Part shown: positions 55,172 to 64,000 of the stretch, piece by piece | How positions within the stretch are numbered: position 1 is the stretch's first letter | Layout of the letters: each line of letters starts with the position of its first letter | Assembly: GCA_963847185.1 (NCBI GenBank) | Contig: CAWJYV010000010.1 | Coordinates: 1-64,000, forward strand | Reading direction: 5' to 3' | Length of the DNA: 64,000 bases | From: an uncultured Methanosarcinaceae archaeon | Lineage (GTDB): Archaea > Halobacteriota > Methanosarcinia > Methanosarcinales > Methanosarcinaceae | Program-made: the position numbers and the translations under genes | The notes under the pieces: generated by a model | Database searches by the model: none | Told to the model about the DNA's origin: nothing | The model's input: only the letters and a program-made list of their open reading frames with translations

Positions 55172-55537
55172 TAAGATATAGATTTTCCAAAGAACAAATA
55201 GAGTATTTAAATCAAATTAAATGGTGGGACAAAGATATTAATTGGATAAAAAAACACCAAAATCTATTTCAGGACATTAATAACTTCATTGGATATTTTA
55301 AAAATTAAGCAAATTCCAACTCTGCTTCTCGATGATGAACTTAACAAAAATTTGGATAATTTACTGACCAATGATAAAAAAGAATATCTGAATTGCATAC
55401 GCGTATGATTGAAAAAAACAATAATAAAAAATGAATTACTATGCCTATGTTTTGAAATTTGAAAGTTATACTAAGTTGATCAAATAATCTTATTCATTAT
55501 TCGGAAATCATTATTTATCAATTGGCGGGAGAAATTT

Positions 55538-57458
55538 ATGACCAAATTGATATCTGTTATAACACCTTCTTACAATGCTGCAGATTATATCGAAGAGGCA
55601 ATAGAAAGTGTGCTGAATCAAAGCTATAAATTCTATGAGCATATCATAGTGGATGGAGGCTCTACTGACGGAACGCTAGATATCCTGAAAAAATATCCTC
55701 ACCTGAAGTGGATATCTGAACCAGATAATGGCCAATCAGATGCTATGAACAAAGGTTTCACGTATTCAAAAGGTGACATCATAGTTTACCTGAATGCCGA
55801 TGATTATTTTGATCCAGACGCTTTTCTTGCAGTAATCAACTCTTTCAACGAAGAAAGAAATACAGATATAGTTGTTGGGAACTTAAAGATAGAATTTGAA
55901 GGTGGTAACAGCGAGATTACCGGAATAAATTTTAAACCAGATCTGTTTTCTATGCTGAATTGGTGGAAATCCGATTGTTATCCCTACAATCCGGTTTCCT
56001 ACTTTTATTTGAGGAAAGTCCAGGAATGCATTCAATTTGATACGAAACTATAGTCTTCAACGTAACTTATTACACGTATTAACACCTATCTACTTATATG
56101 GTGGGGAAAGAACACATTCCAATTGATCAAAAATTAGCTCTTGATGAAATCAACGTTTTAATCAAAGGTGAAACCAATTCAAGAGTGCTTAAAAGGCTCT
56201 ATTTTGTAAAATTTAGATTTTTAGGGGATTCAGTAGAAGAAGCCGCTACTAAAGTTGGAGTTACTAAGAAAACAGGATATTACTGGCAAGATGCCTGGAA
56301 TAAAGGCGGCTATGCCGCCTTAATACCAAATTTTGGTGGGGGTAGAAAATCCAAGCTTACCGATGATCAAATAAAAGAGTTAAGAATCTTGCTGGAAAAA
56401 AAAGATCATTGGACTACAAGAGAAGCTTTGGAGTTAATAAAGGAAAAATATGGGGTAGAGTATTCACAGAAACAAGTAGGAGTTATACTGCATAGTTTTA
56501 ACATGTATCATTCAAAACCATATACTCTTGACTACAGAAGACCTAAAAATGCTGAGGAAATTTTAAAAAAAGTTAATAGAAGCAATTCCAGCATATATTG
56601 GTCCAGATGATCAATATCTTATAGGTTTTTTGGATGAATCCTCACCACAAACAAAAGCAAATACGCAACGATTATGGTCATTTAAAAAGCCTTTGATAAC
56701 AAAAAATACAGATTATATAAAAGCAAATGCGTTTGCATTCTATTCGATTAATGGTAGAAATCTCATCGATTTTATGGAAAGTTCAAAAGCAGAAAATGTA
56801 TGTGAATTCCTTGAGAAAATTGTGGAACAGAATTTAGGGAAAAGAATAATTCTTGTTCTGGATAATTCAAGGTCACATCATGCTGATAAAACGGTAAGGA
56901 AAGCAAGAGAATTAAATATAACACTTGTGTTTCTTCCTCCTTATTCACCAGATCTAAATCCTGTAGAATTTGTATGGAAAACGATTAAGAGAGAAGTATC
57001 TGTTAGATTTATTCAATCAAAAGAACATTTAAAAAAGATTATCAAAAATGAATTTATGAAAGTGGAAAACTCATTATCATTTGCAAAGAAATGGATGGAA
57101 ACATTCAATCTACAAATAAAAAGTGTAATTTGTTGAGTCAGGAACTATAAATTACAGCATGGATTATAAGTTTTTAGTAGATGTTTCCGTAAACAAGTTC
57201 AGGTTTAAAAAAATAAACGATATTTTAGGAACTTTCAGATTAAGGAAAGGTTGCAAAACATTTGAATCAAATAATTCCCAATATTCTAGAAATTGCTACG
57301 GTTTTACACAGAATTATTGGAAATACTGCACAGTCAGCCAAAAAATATACCTTTTTACTCATCATTATAGCAATTTATATAAAATTAATCATTACTTGAA
57401 TTATTCAAAAAGACCTCTTCTCTACTTCTACCATATTTTACTAAACAAAATTCAATAA
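55538..57458 (+). pseudogene. GT2 (WcaE/WfgS-like) interrupted by IS630
   Basis: SVITPSYN, VDGGSTDGT, SEPDNGQSDAMNKG, LNADD. Removing the IS restores FDTKL-NYSMDYK in frame. Confidence 0.88.
56051..57147 (+). mobile_element. IS630-family element with TA duplication; two ORFs (56098-56610 and ~56570-57136) joined by a -1 frameshift
   Basis: HTH ORF plus DDE ORF (DES, VLDN..SH, LPPYSPDLNPVE); TTTAAAAAAAG slippery site at ~56562; TA at 56049-50 and 57148-49. Confidence 0.92.
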
Positions 57459-57588
57459 GATTAGAGTTCGGTTGAGTGAACCAAAAGTTCTAATCGGATA
57501 TAAAAATCTTACCTGAAAAATTGGAAATAATTTGAATTTATGAATTAAAACAGCTATCTAAAATTTGGATAACAGAAGGTATAATATT

Positions 57589-58496
57589 GTGGTTAATAAA
57601 TTTAAGATTTCTATTATTATTCCAACATTAAATCGGGCAAATTATCTGGAAAATACACTTGAATCCCTTATCAATCAAAATTATTCATCGATCAATTTGA
57701 GATACTTATAGTAGATGGAGGATCTACGGATAGCACAAAAGATATTTGTGACAGATTTATTAAAATGAACCAGAATTATTCAATTCGCTATATATATGAA
57801 CCGGAACCAGGACTACTATCAGGACGGCATAAGGGAGCACAAGAAGCGAACGGGGAGATATTTACATTTATTGATGATGATATTGAAGCATCTCCAAGCT
57901 AGCTATCTTCCATATATGATGCATTTAGTGATCCAAATATTCACCTTGTTGGTGGAAAAAATCTACCTAAATTCGAAGCAAATCCTCCCTTATGGTTAAA
58001 AGATCTCTGGATAACCACACCATATGGAGGAAAAGCTTGTGGATATTTGAGTCTCCTTGATTTAGGAGAAGAAATACAAAAAATTCATCCAAATTACGTG
58101 TGGGGCTTAAATTTTTCAATAAGAAGAAAAACCTTTTTTGATATGTATTTCCAAGGAGTTGCGAATTCGTATTCTGATATTAAAAAAAGTAGAACTTCAA
58201 TAACAAATTCTTCGTCTTCAATAAATGGAACTAAAGATTCATTTAAAAGATATTTATGTAACATTGTAAAAGTTGCATTATCCATGCCTATTTATTTAAA
58301 ATCTTCAAAGGATGTAAAACTGATAAAAAAGAAAATGGGACACGCCTATAATGATGGATATAAGTTCCATCAGATCCAAGCAAAAAATGATCCAGTCTTA
58401 TTAAAATGGATTTTAAAAGAAAATTATTGGGATTATTATTTGCGGCCTTATATGCATGGCAATGAGAGTACAGGTACAATGGAAAAGAGTTATTGA
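57589..58496 (+). pseudogene. GT2 pseudogene (frameshift and probable internal deletion)
   Basis: ISIIIPTLNRA, then a shift to FEILIVDGGSTD, EPGLLSGRH.G, FIDDD, VWGLNFSIRR; C-terminal WILKENYWDY. Confidence 0.75.
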
Positions 58497-58955
58497 AAAA
58501 AATTATCACTTTAACTGAATGCTATTATGCTCAAAGTTTAGCAGCTCAGTTTCTTAAAAAACTACTGCAAATTACAGCCATAGGGAGTTCAGCTCATAAA
58601 GTTCAGCCATTCAGGAAGAAATATTCCATCTGATGTATAAACCTGCGGGACCTGGGGGAATATTTCTGAACTTTCCTGACATCGATTTTTAAAATTCAAT
58701 TTTATGTTTTGCAGAAGTTATTCCATTTATCCGCTGACCTCATAAGTTATTTTTCAGAATATTAGTTGATGATATAAGTTATATTTCTCTTGCCAAAAAT
58801 TTTTCCATTATCACTACTCTTCAATTATTATATTATCGTCTCTGTTTAAATAAATTTATATAGTTGTACTTGAATATCATTGTACAAAAATTTATTTTTT
58901 GAGGGGATTTCACAGTCATAATATCCTTCAGATTAAGCGATCTTTGAGGTCTCAT

Positions 58956-59085
58956 GAACTGATCCAAAGCTATTTTGGCATTATTAATCAAAAATATTTT
59001 AAGAATCTTTTGTGAGCAGAAATTCAACTGGTTACTCAAAAGATGAGATTCAAATAAGGCAAATTTTGAGTTTTGGGATTGGCTC
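58956..59085 (+). mobile_element. Degenerate ~130-bp MITE (GAGCTCATCCCAAAA family)
   Basis: GAACTGATCCAAAG ... GAGTTTTGGGATTGGCTC. Confidence 0.6.
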
Positions 59086-59112
59086 TTCAAAAATATAGGA
59101 GTTGTTATTCAA

Positions 59113-59541
59113 ATGTTCGAAGAAATTATACACAATAATGAGTTGTTGGCAATGATTGTTTCCAACACCTTCGATAAAGAAGGCATACATTTTTTTACAC
59201 CTGGGGATTTTTCTCAACAGTTAGCTTATATGAAGCATACAACAGGTAAAACAATTCATCCACATGTTCACAATCCTGTAAAAAGGGAAGTTAATTATAC
59301 TCAGGAAGTGCTTTTTATCCGTAAGGGTAAATTAAGGGTGGATTTTTACGATGAAAGTCAAAACTACATTAAAAGTAGAATTTTGGGGCCCGGGGATGTG
59401 ATCCTCCTGATCAAAGGAGGGCATGGTTTTAAAGTTCTTAATGAAGTCGAAATGTTTGAGGTTAAACAGGGGCCTTATGCTGGTGATAAAGATAAAACTA
59501 GATTTTTAGGAATAGAGGAGGTTTGTTGTATCCCAAAATGA
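59113..59541 (+). CDS. Cupin-fold protein of sugar biosynthesis clusters
   Basis: PHVHN, TQEVLFIRKG, GGHGF, EVKQGPY. Confidence 0.78.
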   Translation: MFEEIIHNNELLAMIVSNTFDKEGIHFFTPGDFSQQLAYMKHTTGKTIHPHVHNPVKREVNYTQEVLFIRKGKLRVDFYDESQNYIKSRILGPGDVILLIKGGHGFKVLNEVEMFEVKQGPYAGDKDKTRFLGIEEVCCIPK

Positions 59542-59608
59542 TTTCATAAACTGTGAGGTAAGAACTTTAATAAGTGAATTTATTTGGGGATAAAACAAAG
59601 GGGATAAA

Positions 59609-60718
59609 ATGATACCTGTAAATGAACCACTTTTAGACGGAAATGAAAAAAAATACTTAATGGAATGTATCGATACTGGATGGATCTCAAGCGAAGGGCC
59701 CTTTGTTAAAGAATTTGAAGAAAAATTTTCATCCAAAGTTGGCAGAAAGTATGGAGTTGCAGTTTGTAATGGTTCTGCGGCACTAATTGTGGCAGTAGCC
59801 TCTCTGGGACTTAGACAGGGCGATGAAGTAATTATGCCAACGTTTACAATTATTTCTTGTGCGAATGCTGTTGTCACAGCTGGTGCAATACCTGTACTGG
59901 TTGATTCTGACCCTTATACATGGAACATGGATGTAAACCAAATAGAATCCAAGATTACTCCCAAAACCAAAGCAATAATGGTTGTTCATATTTACGGGTT
60001 GCCTGTAGAGATGGACCCTGTCATAGAGATTGCTAGAAAATATGGATTGAAAATCATCGAAGACGCTGCAGAAGCCCATGGACAGACCTATAATGGAAGG
60101 CCATGTGGCAGTTTCGGAGATATCAGTGCGTTTAGTTTCTACCCAAATAAGCACGTAACTACGGGTGAAGGAGGAATGGTAGTTACGGATGACCAAGAAC
60201 TTGCAGAGAAATGCAGATCTTTACGTAATCTTTGTTTTCAAGCAAATAGAAGATTTTTTCATGAAGAAATAGGCTGGAACTTTAGAATGACGAATCTTCA
60301 AGCTGCAGTCGGTCTGGCACAACTTGAAAGACTAGATGAGTTTGTAAAGAAGAAGAGGAAAATGGGGAAATATTATACTGAAAAATTGAATGAATTAGAA
60401 TTCATACAACTCCCTCTCGAAAAAACGTCTTACGCAGACAATATATACTGGGTCTATGGGATGGTATTAAGTGATCAACTCAATTTTGACGCAAGTGAAA
60501 TAATGAAGAGGCTTGGAACGAAAAACATAGGTACAAGATCGTTTTTCTTCCCGATGCACGAACAACCTGTTTTTCATAAAATGGGACTCTTTATAAATGA
60601 ACGTTATCCTCTTGCAGAAAAAATTGCCAGAAGAGGTTTTTATGTGCCAAGTGGACTTGCTTTGACAGAAATACAAGCGGATGAAGTAGTACAAGCCATA
60701 AAAGAGGTCATAAGATGA
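59609..60718 (+). CDS. DegT/DnrJ aminotransferase (GDP-perosamine synthase-like)
   Basis: MIPVNEP, GWISSEG, VHIYG, IEDAAEAHG, FSFYPNKHVTTGEGGM, GWNFRMTNLQAAVGLAQ. Confidence 0.9.
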   Translation: MIPVNEPLLDGNEKKYLMECIDTGWISSEGPFVKEFEEKFSSKVGRKYGVAVCNGSAALIVAVASLGLRQGDEVIMPTFTIISCANAVVTAGAIPVLVDSDPYTWNMDVNQIESKITPKTKAIMVVHIYGLPVEMDPVIEIARKYGLKIIEDAAEAHGQTYNGRPCGSFGDISAFSFYPNKHVTTGEGGMVVTDDQELAEKCRSLRNLCFQANRRFFHEEIGWNFRMTNLQAAVGLAQLERLDEFVKKKRKMGKYYTEKLNELEFIQLPLEKTSYADNIYWVYGMVLSDQLNFDASEIMKRLGTKNIGTRSFFFPMHEQPVFHKMGLFINERYPLAEKIARRGFYVPSGLALTEIQADEVVQAIKEVIR

Positions 60719-61465
60719 ATACTTTTGGGGACTATTCAAAATATTATAACTTACTGTACAAAGATAAAGAATATTCAAAAGAAGTAGATTATGTATCAAA
60801 TTTAATAAAAAAGTATAGTCCTGAGGCGAAAACGATTTTAGATCTTGGCTGCGGAACCGGAAGACATGATGAGCTTTTCATAAAACATGGTTTCTCTGTA
60901 TGGGGAGTAGATATAAGTGAAAAAATGTTAGAAGAAGCAAATAAATTAGCTGAAAATGATAAATTATGTTTTTGAGAGGGGATATTCGAAATATAGAATT
61001 AAACAAACAATTTGATGTAGTTACTTCATTATTTCATGTAATCAGCTATCAAACAACAAATGAAGATATACTAAGGACACTTTGAAACAGCTTCTAAAGC
61101 ATTTGGAAAATATGGCATATTTATATTTGATTGTTGGTACGGGCCTGCAGTTTTAAGTGAGAAACCCAATATAAGAGTCAAAAAACTGGAAGACGGAAAA
61201 TACAAAACTTCTTCGAATCGCAGAACCTGTAATGCATCCAAATGAAAATGTAGTGGATGTTAATTACGAGATTCTTCTGGAAGACGGCAAAACGGCAGTT
61301 TCAGTACTTAATGAAACCCATACTATGAGATATTTGTTTAAACCAGAAATTGAAAGTTTCATGGAAAATAGAGGTTTTAGGTTGGTAAGATGTGAAGAGT
61401 GGTTAAGCGGAAATCAATCTGGATTTAATACATGGGGAGTAACGTTTCTAGGATTAAAAAAGTAA
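60715..61465 (+). pseudogene. Class I SAM-dependent methyltransferase with several frameshifts
   Basis: YYNLLYKDK.Y..E, ILDLGCGTGRH; continues in other frames as GDIR, SLFHVISYQ, FIFDCWYGPAVL, ETHTMRYLF. Confidence 0.85.
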
Positions 61466-61472
61466 AAATTTT

Positions 61473-61593
61473 AGCTTCATAGAAATCCTCTGAAATAATG
61501 AACTCCATTAATTTGAAACAAGCAGCCTGACACATTTTTATTTTGTTCATTTCAGTCCTTTGGAGCTGGTTTAGATAATTTTTCTACAAAGCC
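61473..61593 (-). mobile_element. ~121-bp MITE (GGCTCTGTAGAAA family), reverse copy
   Basis: Aligns over its length with the reverse complement of the reconstructed 46536/47398 element. Confidence 0.75.
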
Positions 61594-61759
61594 TCATTGA
61601 GATCATGAAAGGCAATGCAGAGAGATACTGAAGGAATGAAGGCATCAGGGAGAACACTCACCGAAAAAGAATGGGCAGAGAATAGTATCGGATTCTGTAG
61701 CTGATGTAAATGGGAAAATAGAAAGGAGAAAAATTTTTAATTATATTAGGAGTGGGATC

Positions 61760-62845
61760 ATGAGAAAAAAGATATTAGTCATTGGATTTCAAAAAAAGGA
61801 TGAGAACATGTATCCCCATTTGAAAGTTTTCATAGATTCACTTTCCGATCATTGTGAAATAAAGTATTTCTTTTTTCGAGAAAGAGGAGGATTTATCGAA
61901 CCTGCATACACAATGCCATGGAAACCAGGCACATACAGATCTGTAATGAAAGGAGCTTTAAATTCTATTATTGACACAATAAAATTGATATTAATCCGTG
62001 ATAAGTATGATTCCATTATTGCGATTGATTTGTATACGTATGCGATTACTGCAAAAGTACAAAATAATGTAAAAGTTATTTTATGGAGTCACGATTTCGT
62101 AGGTATAGACCATCCAATTTATAACACATTTTTCATCAGATATGTTTACTCAAATTCTGTAAGAAATCTGATTAAAAATAATAAGATAATAATCCAAGAT
62201 CCAAATAGATTGAAAGCTCTACTAGAATGTTTAAAAATACCAGATTTTGCTCCAGATGTATATTATATGCCAGTATTTTTGGAGAGTCTTTCTTTAATGT
62301 TTAAATCAGAATTATCTTCTATAAGCAGGCCAAGGATTTTACAATGTGGCGGAATAGGGAAATACCGTTCAAGTGATAAGCTACTCCATCATTATCAAAT
62401 TCATGCTGATAATTATCGTTTGTTGTTTCACGGATTTATTTTTAAAGATCTTATGGAAGAAGTAGAAAAAAGCCTAATAAAACCAATAATCTCATCAAAA
62501 ATTATTGACAGTAAATCTCTGTATCAGATCATTGACTTTTGCGATATTGGCTTTGTAAGTTATGAAACAAATGATGTAAACCATCGTTATCTATCAAAAG
62601 CATCTGGCCAGATGGTTGAGTTTTTACGGATGGGTAAGCCTGTAATTGTAATGGGCAAATCGGACTTAAACGAGTTTGTTGAAGCAGCAGGCATTGGTGT
62701 TGGAATTAACAGTATAAATGAATTAAACCATGCAATTGAGATTGTAAAAACGGATTATAATAAATATTCAAATAATTGCATTCAATGTTTCAATGATTAT
62801 TTCAATGTAAATCTGTATATCCCAAAATTTCTGGATTGGATATAA
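61760..62845 (+). CDS. Putative GT-B (GT4-like) glycosyltransferase
   Basis: DIGFVSY, ASGQMVEFLRMGKPVIV C-terminal GT-B pattern; located in the glycan cluster. Confidence 0.7.
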   Translation: MRKKILVIGFQKKDENMYPHLKVFIDSLSDHCEIKYFFFRERGGFIEPAYTMPWKPGTYRSVMKGALNSIIDTIKLILIRDKYDSIIAIDLYTYAITAKVQNNVKVILWSHDFVGIDHPIYNTFFIRYVYSNSVRNLIKNNKIIIQDPNRLKALLECLKIPDFAPDVYYMPVFLESLSLMFKSELSSISRPRILQCGGIGKYRSSDKLLHHYQIHADNYRLLFHGFIFKDLMEEVEKSLIKPIISSKIIDSKSLYQIIDFCDIGFVSYETNDVNHRYLSKASGQMVEFLRMGKPVIVMGKSDLNEFVEAAGIGVGINSINELNHAIEIVKTDYNKYSNNCIQCFNDYFNVNLYIPKFLDWI

Positions 62846-62846
62846 A

Positions 62847-64000
62847 ATGAGTGGATATATGATTGATCGAGGAAAGATTAAGGACATAATGGGCTATTAT
62901 TTGCCAAAGCAAATAACTAATTTTATCAATAAATCCCGTATCTTTTACCATTTTTATCAAAATATCAATTATGATCCCAAATTTAACCATCAAAAAAAAA
63001 TATTAATATCATATATTACATCCCCCTTAAAAAATGACACTTCAAAATTCATATTACATACTAATTTTATCGAATGCCTTGAAATATTAAAAACATTTAT
63101 TGATTGGGGATATTCCATTGATTTCATAGATTGCCTTGACAATAGACATAACTCAGAAATTGAGAAAAAAAAATATGATATAATTTTTGGATTTGGTAAA
63201 CCATTTAATTATGCCTCTGTAAAAAATCCAGATGCATTAAAAATTATTTATTTAACAGAATCACATCCAGATTTTTCGTTAAGGGCTGAAGTGGGAAGAA
63301 ATGAATATTTTTATCAGCGCCACAAAAGAAAAACATGCATAACAAGATCTGGATTCTATTATAAAAATCAAGATATTAAACTTGCAGATTACGGAATTAT
63401 TATTGGTAATAGTTTTACGTCTCAGACATATGTATTTCCTGAAGGAAAATTGTATACTCTTGCTCCTACAGGACTATTAAATAAAAATTATACTCCTGGT
63501 TTAAGAGATCTTTTAAAAACGAGGGAAAATTATGTTTGGTTTGGATCGTATGGTGCTATTCATAAAGGTCTCGATATTCTTATTGATGCCTTCAATGAGC
63601 TCCCAAAATGCACTCTTTATATTTGTGGCCTTCATCCAAAGGAAAGAAGATTATTTAAAATAAATGAAGAAAACATTCACGATCTTGGATTCATACAGGT
63701 TAATACCCCTGACTTCATTCAATTAATGAATAATTGCAGTTATGTAATTTTGCCATCATGTTGTGAAGGAATGGCAACAAGTGTGTTAACCTGTATGAAT
63801 CACGGACTCCTTCCAATTGTCACACGAGAATGTGGTATTGATCTTCAAGAATGGGGGATTTATTTAGAAGATTATAAAGTAGGCTATATTAAAGAAATAA
63901 TAAGAAATTGCTCCACTTGTGATCCAGATATATTAGAAAAACATCACAAGAAAGTATACGAATATTCTCAAAGTAAATTTGTTCTACCTCGATATTCTAG
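62847..64000 (+). CDS. GT4-like glycosyltransferase, runs off the window end
   Basis: Frame open from ATG 62847 to the end; WFGSYGAIHKGLDIL, ILPSCCEGMATSVLTCMNHGLLP. Confidence 0.8.
   Translation, partial: MSGYMIDRGKIKDIMGYYLPKQITNFINKSRIFYHFYQNINYDPKFNHQKKILISYITSPLKNDTSKFILHTNFIECLEILKTFIDWGYSIDFIDCLDNRHNSEIEKKKYDIIFGFGKPFNYASVKNPDALKIIYLTESHPDFSLRAEVGRNEYFYQRHKRKTCITRSGFYYKNQDIKLADYGIIIGNSFTSQTYVFPEGKLYTLAPTGLLNKNYTPGLRDLLKTRENYVWFGSYGAIHKGLDILIDAFNELPKCTLYICGLHPKERRLFKINEENIHDLGFIQVNTPDFIQLMNNCSYVILPSCCEGMATSVLTCMNHGLLPIVTRECGIDLQEWGIYLEDYKVGYIKEIIRNCSTCDPDILEKHHKKVYEYSQSKFVLPRYS

Larger units (their letters stand above)
52527..55308 (+). pseudogene. Glycosyltransferase / CatB-type O-acetyltransferase fusion, frameshifted at ~52856 and interrupted by IS701
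   Basis: PIVMFVYNR..HT, IIVLEDD, SWSWATWKDRW; then IGKFCSIG, IGNDVWIG, GAGAVVTK, GGIPAKLIR. The frame resumes after the IS as YRFSKEQI...KWWD. Confidence 0.85.

Noticed and set aside
54032-56053. In-frame UAG stops at 54032-54034 and 56051-56053 as possible pyrrolysine codons
   Set aside because: Both are the first bases of IS termini (IS701 and IS630). Readthrough meets another stop within a few codons and does not rejoin the gene.
62991-63000. A9 run suspected of frameshifting the last glycosyltransferase
   Set aside because: The frame stays open to the window end; the ORF is missing from the track only because its stop lies outside.

Overview
This window is archaeal DNA, almost certainly from Methanosarcina, judged from the gene families, PGF-anchored and PKD surface proteins, and the IS/MITE repertoire. 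Bases ~0.5-26 kb are mostly core genome: MscL, a geranylgeranyl reductase, malic enzyme, DapL, UPF0280, an apparently rearranged isochorismatase/nicotinamidase, a frameshift-split C1A surface protease, MscS-DUF432-CorA, a radical SAM protein and the rpl7ae-rps28e-rpl24e-ndk-aIF5B-rps6e operon. From ~27 kb to the end the DNA is AT-richer and accessory. Between 31 and 39.5 kb, unrelated minus-strand genes alternate with modules of a degenerate ~210 bp intergenic repeat, giving a cassette-like layout. From 41 to 64 kb there is a decaying glycan locus (many GT2/GT4 genes, an epimerase, Wzm/Wzt, a perosamine-synthase-like aminotransferase and a methyltransferase). This locus is riddled with IS1, IS5, IS1182, IS701 and IS630 elements and several MITE families whose termini match autonomous IS in the same window. 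I recognised no rRNA, tRNA or CRISPR array. All calls were made by eye from sequence motifs; no database searches were run.
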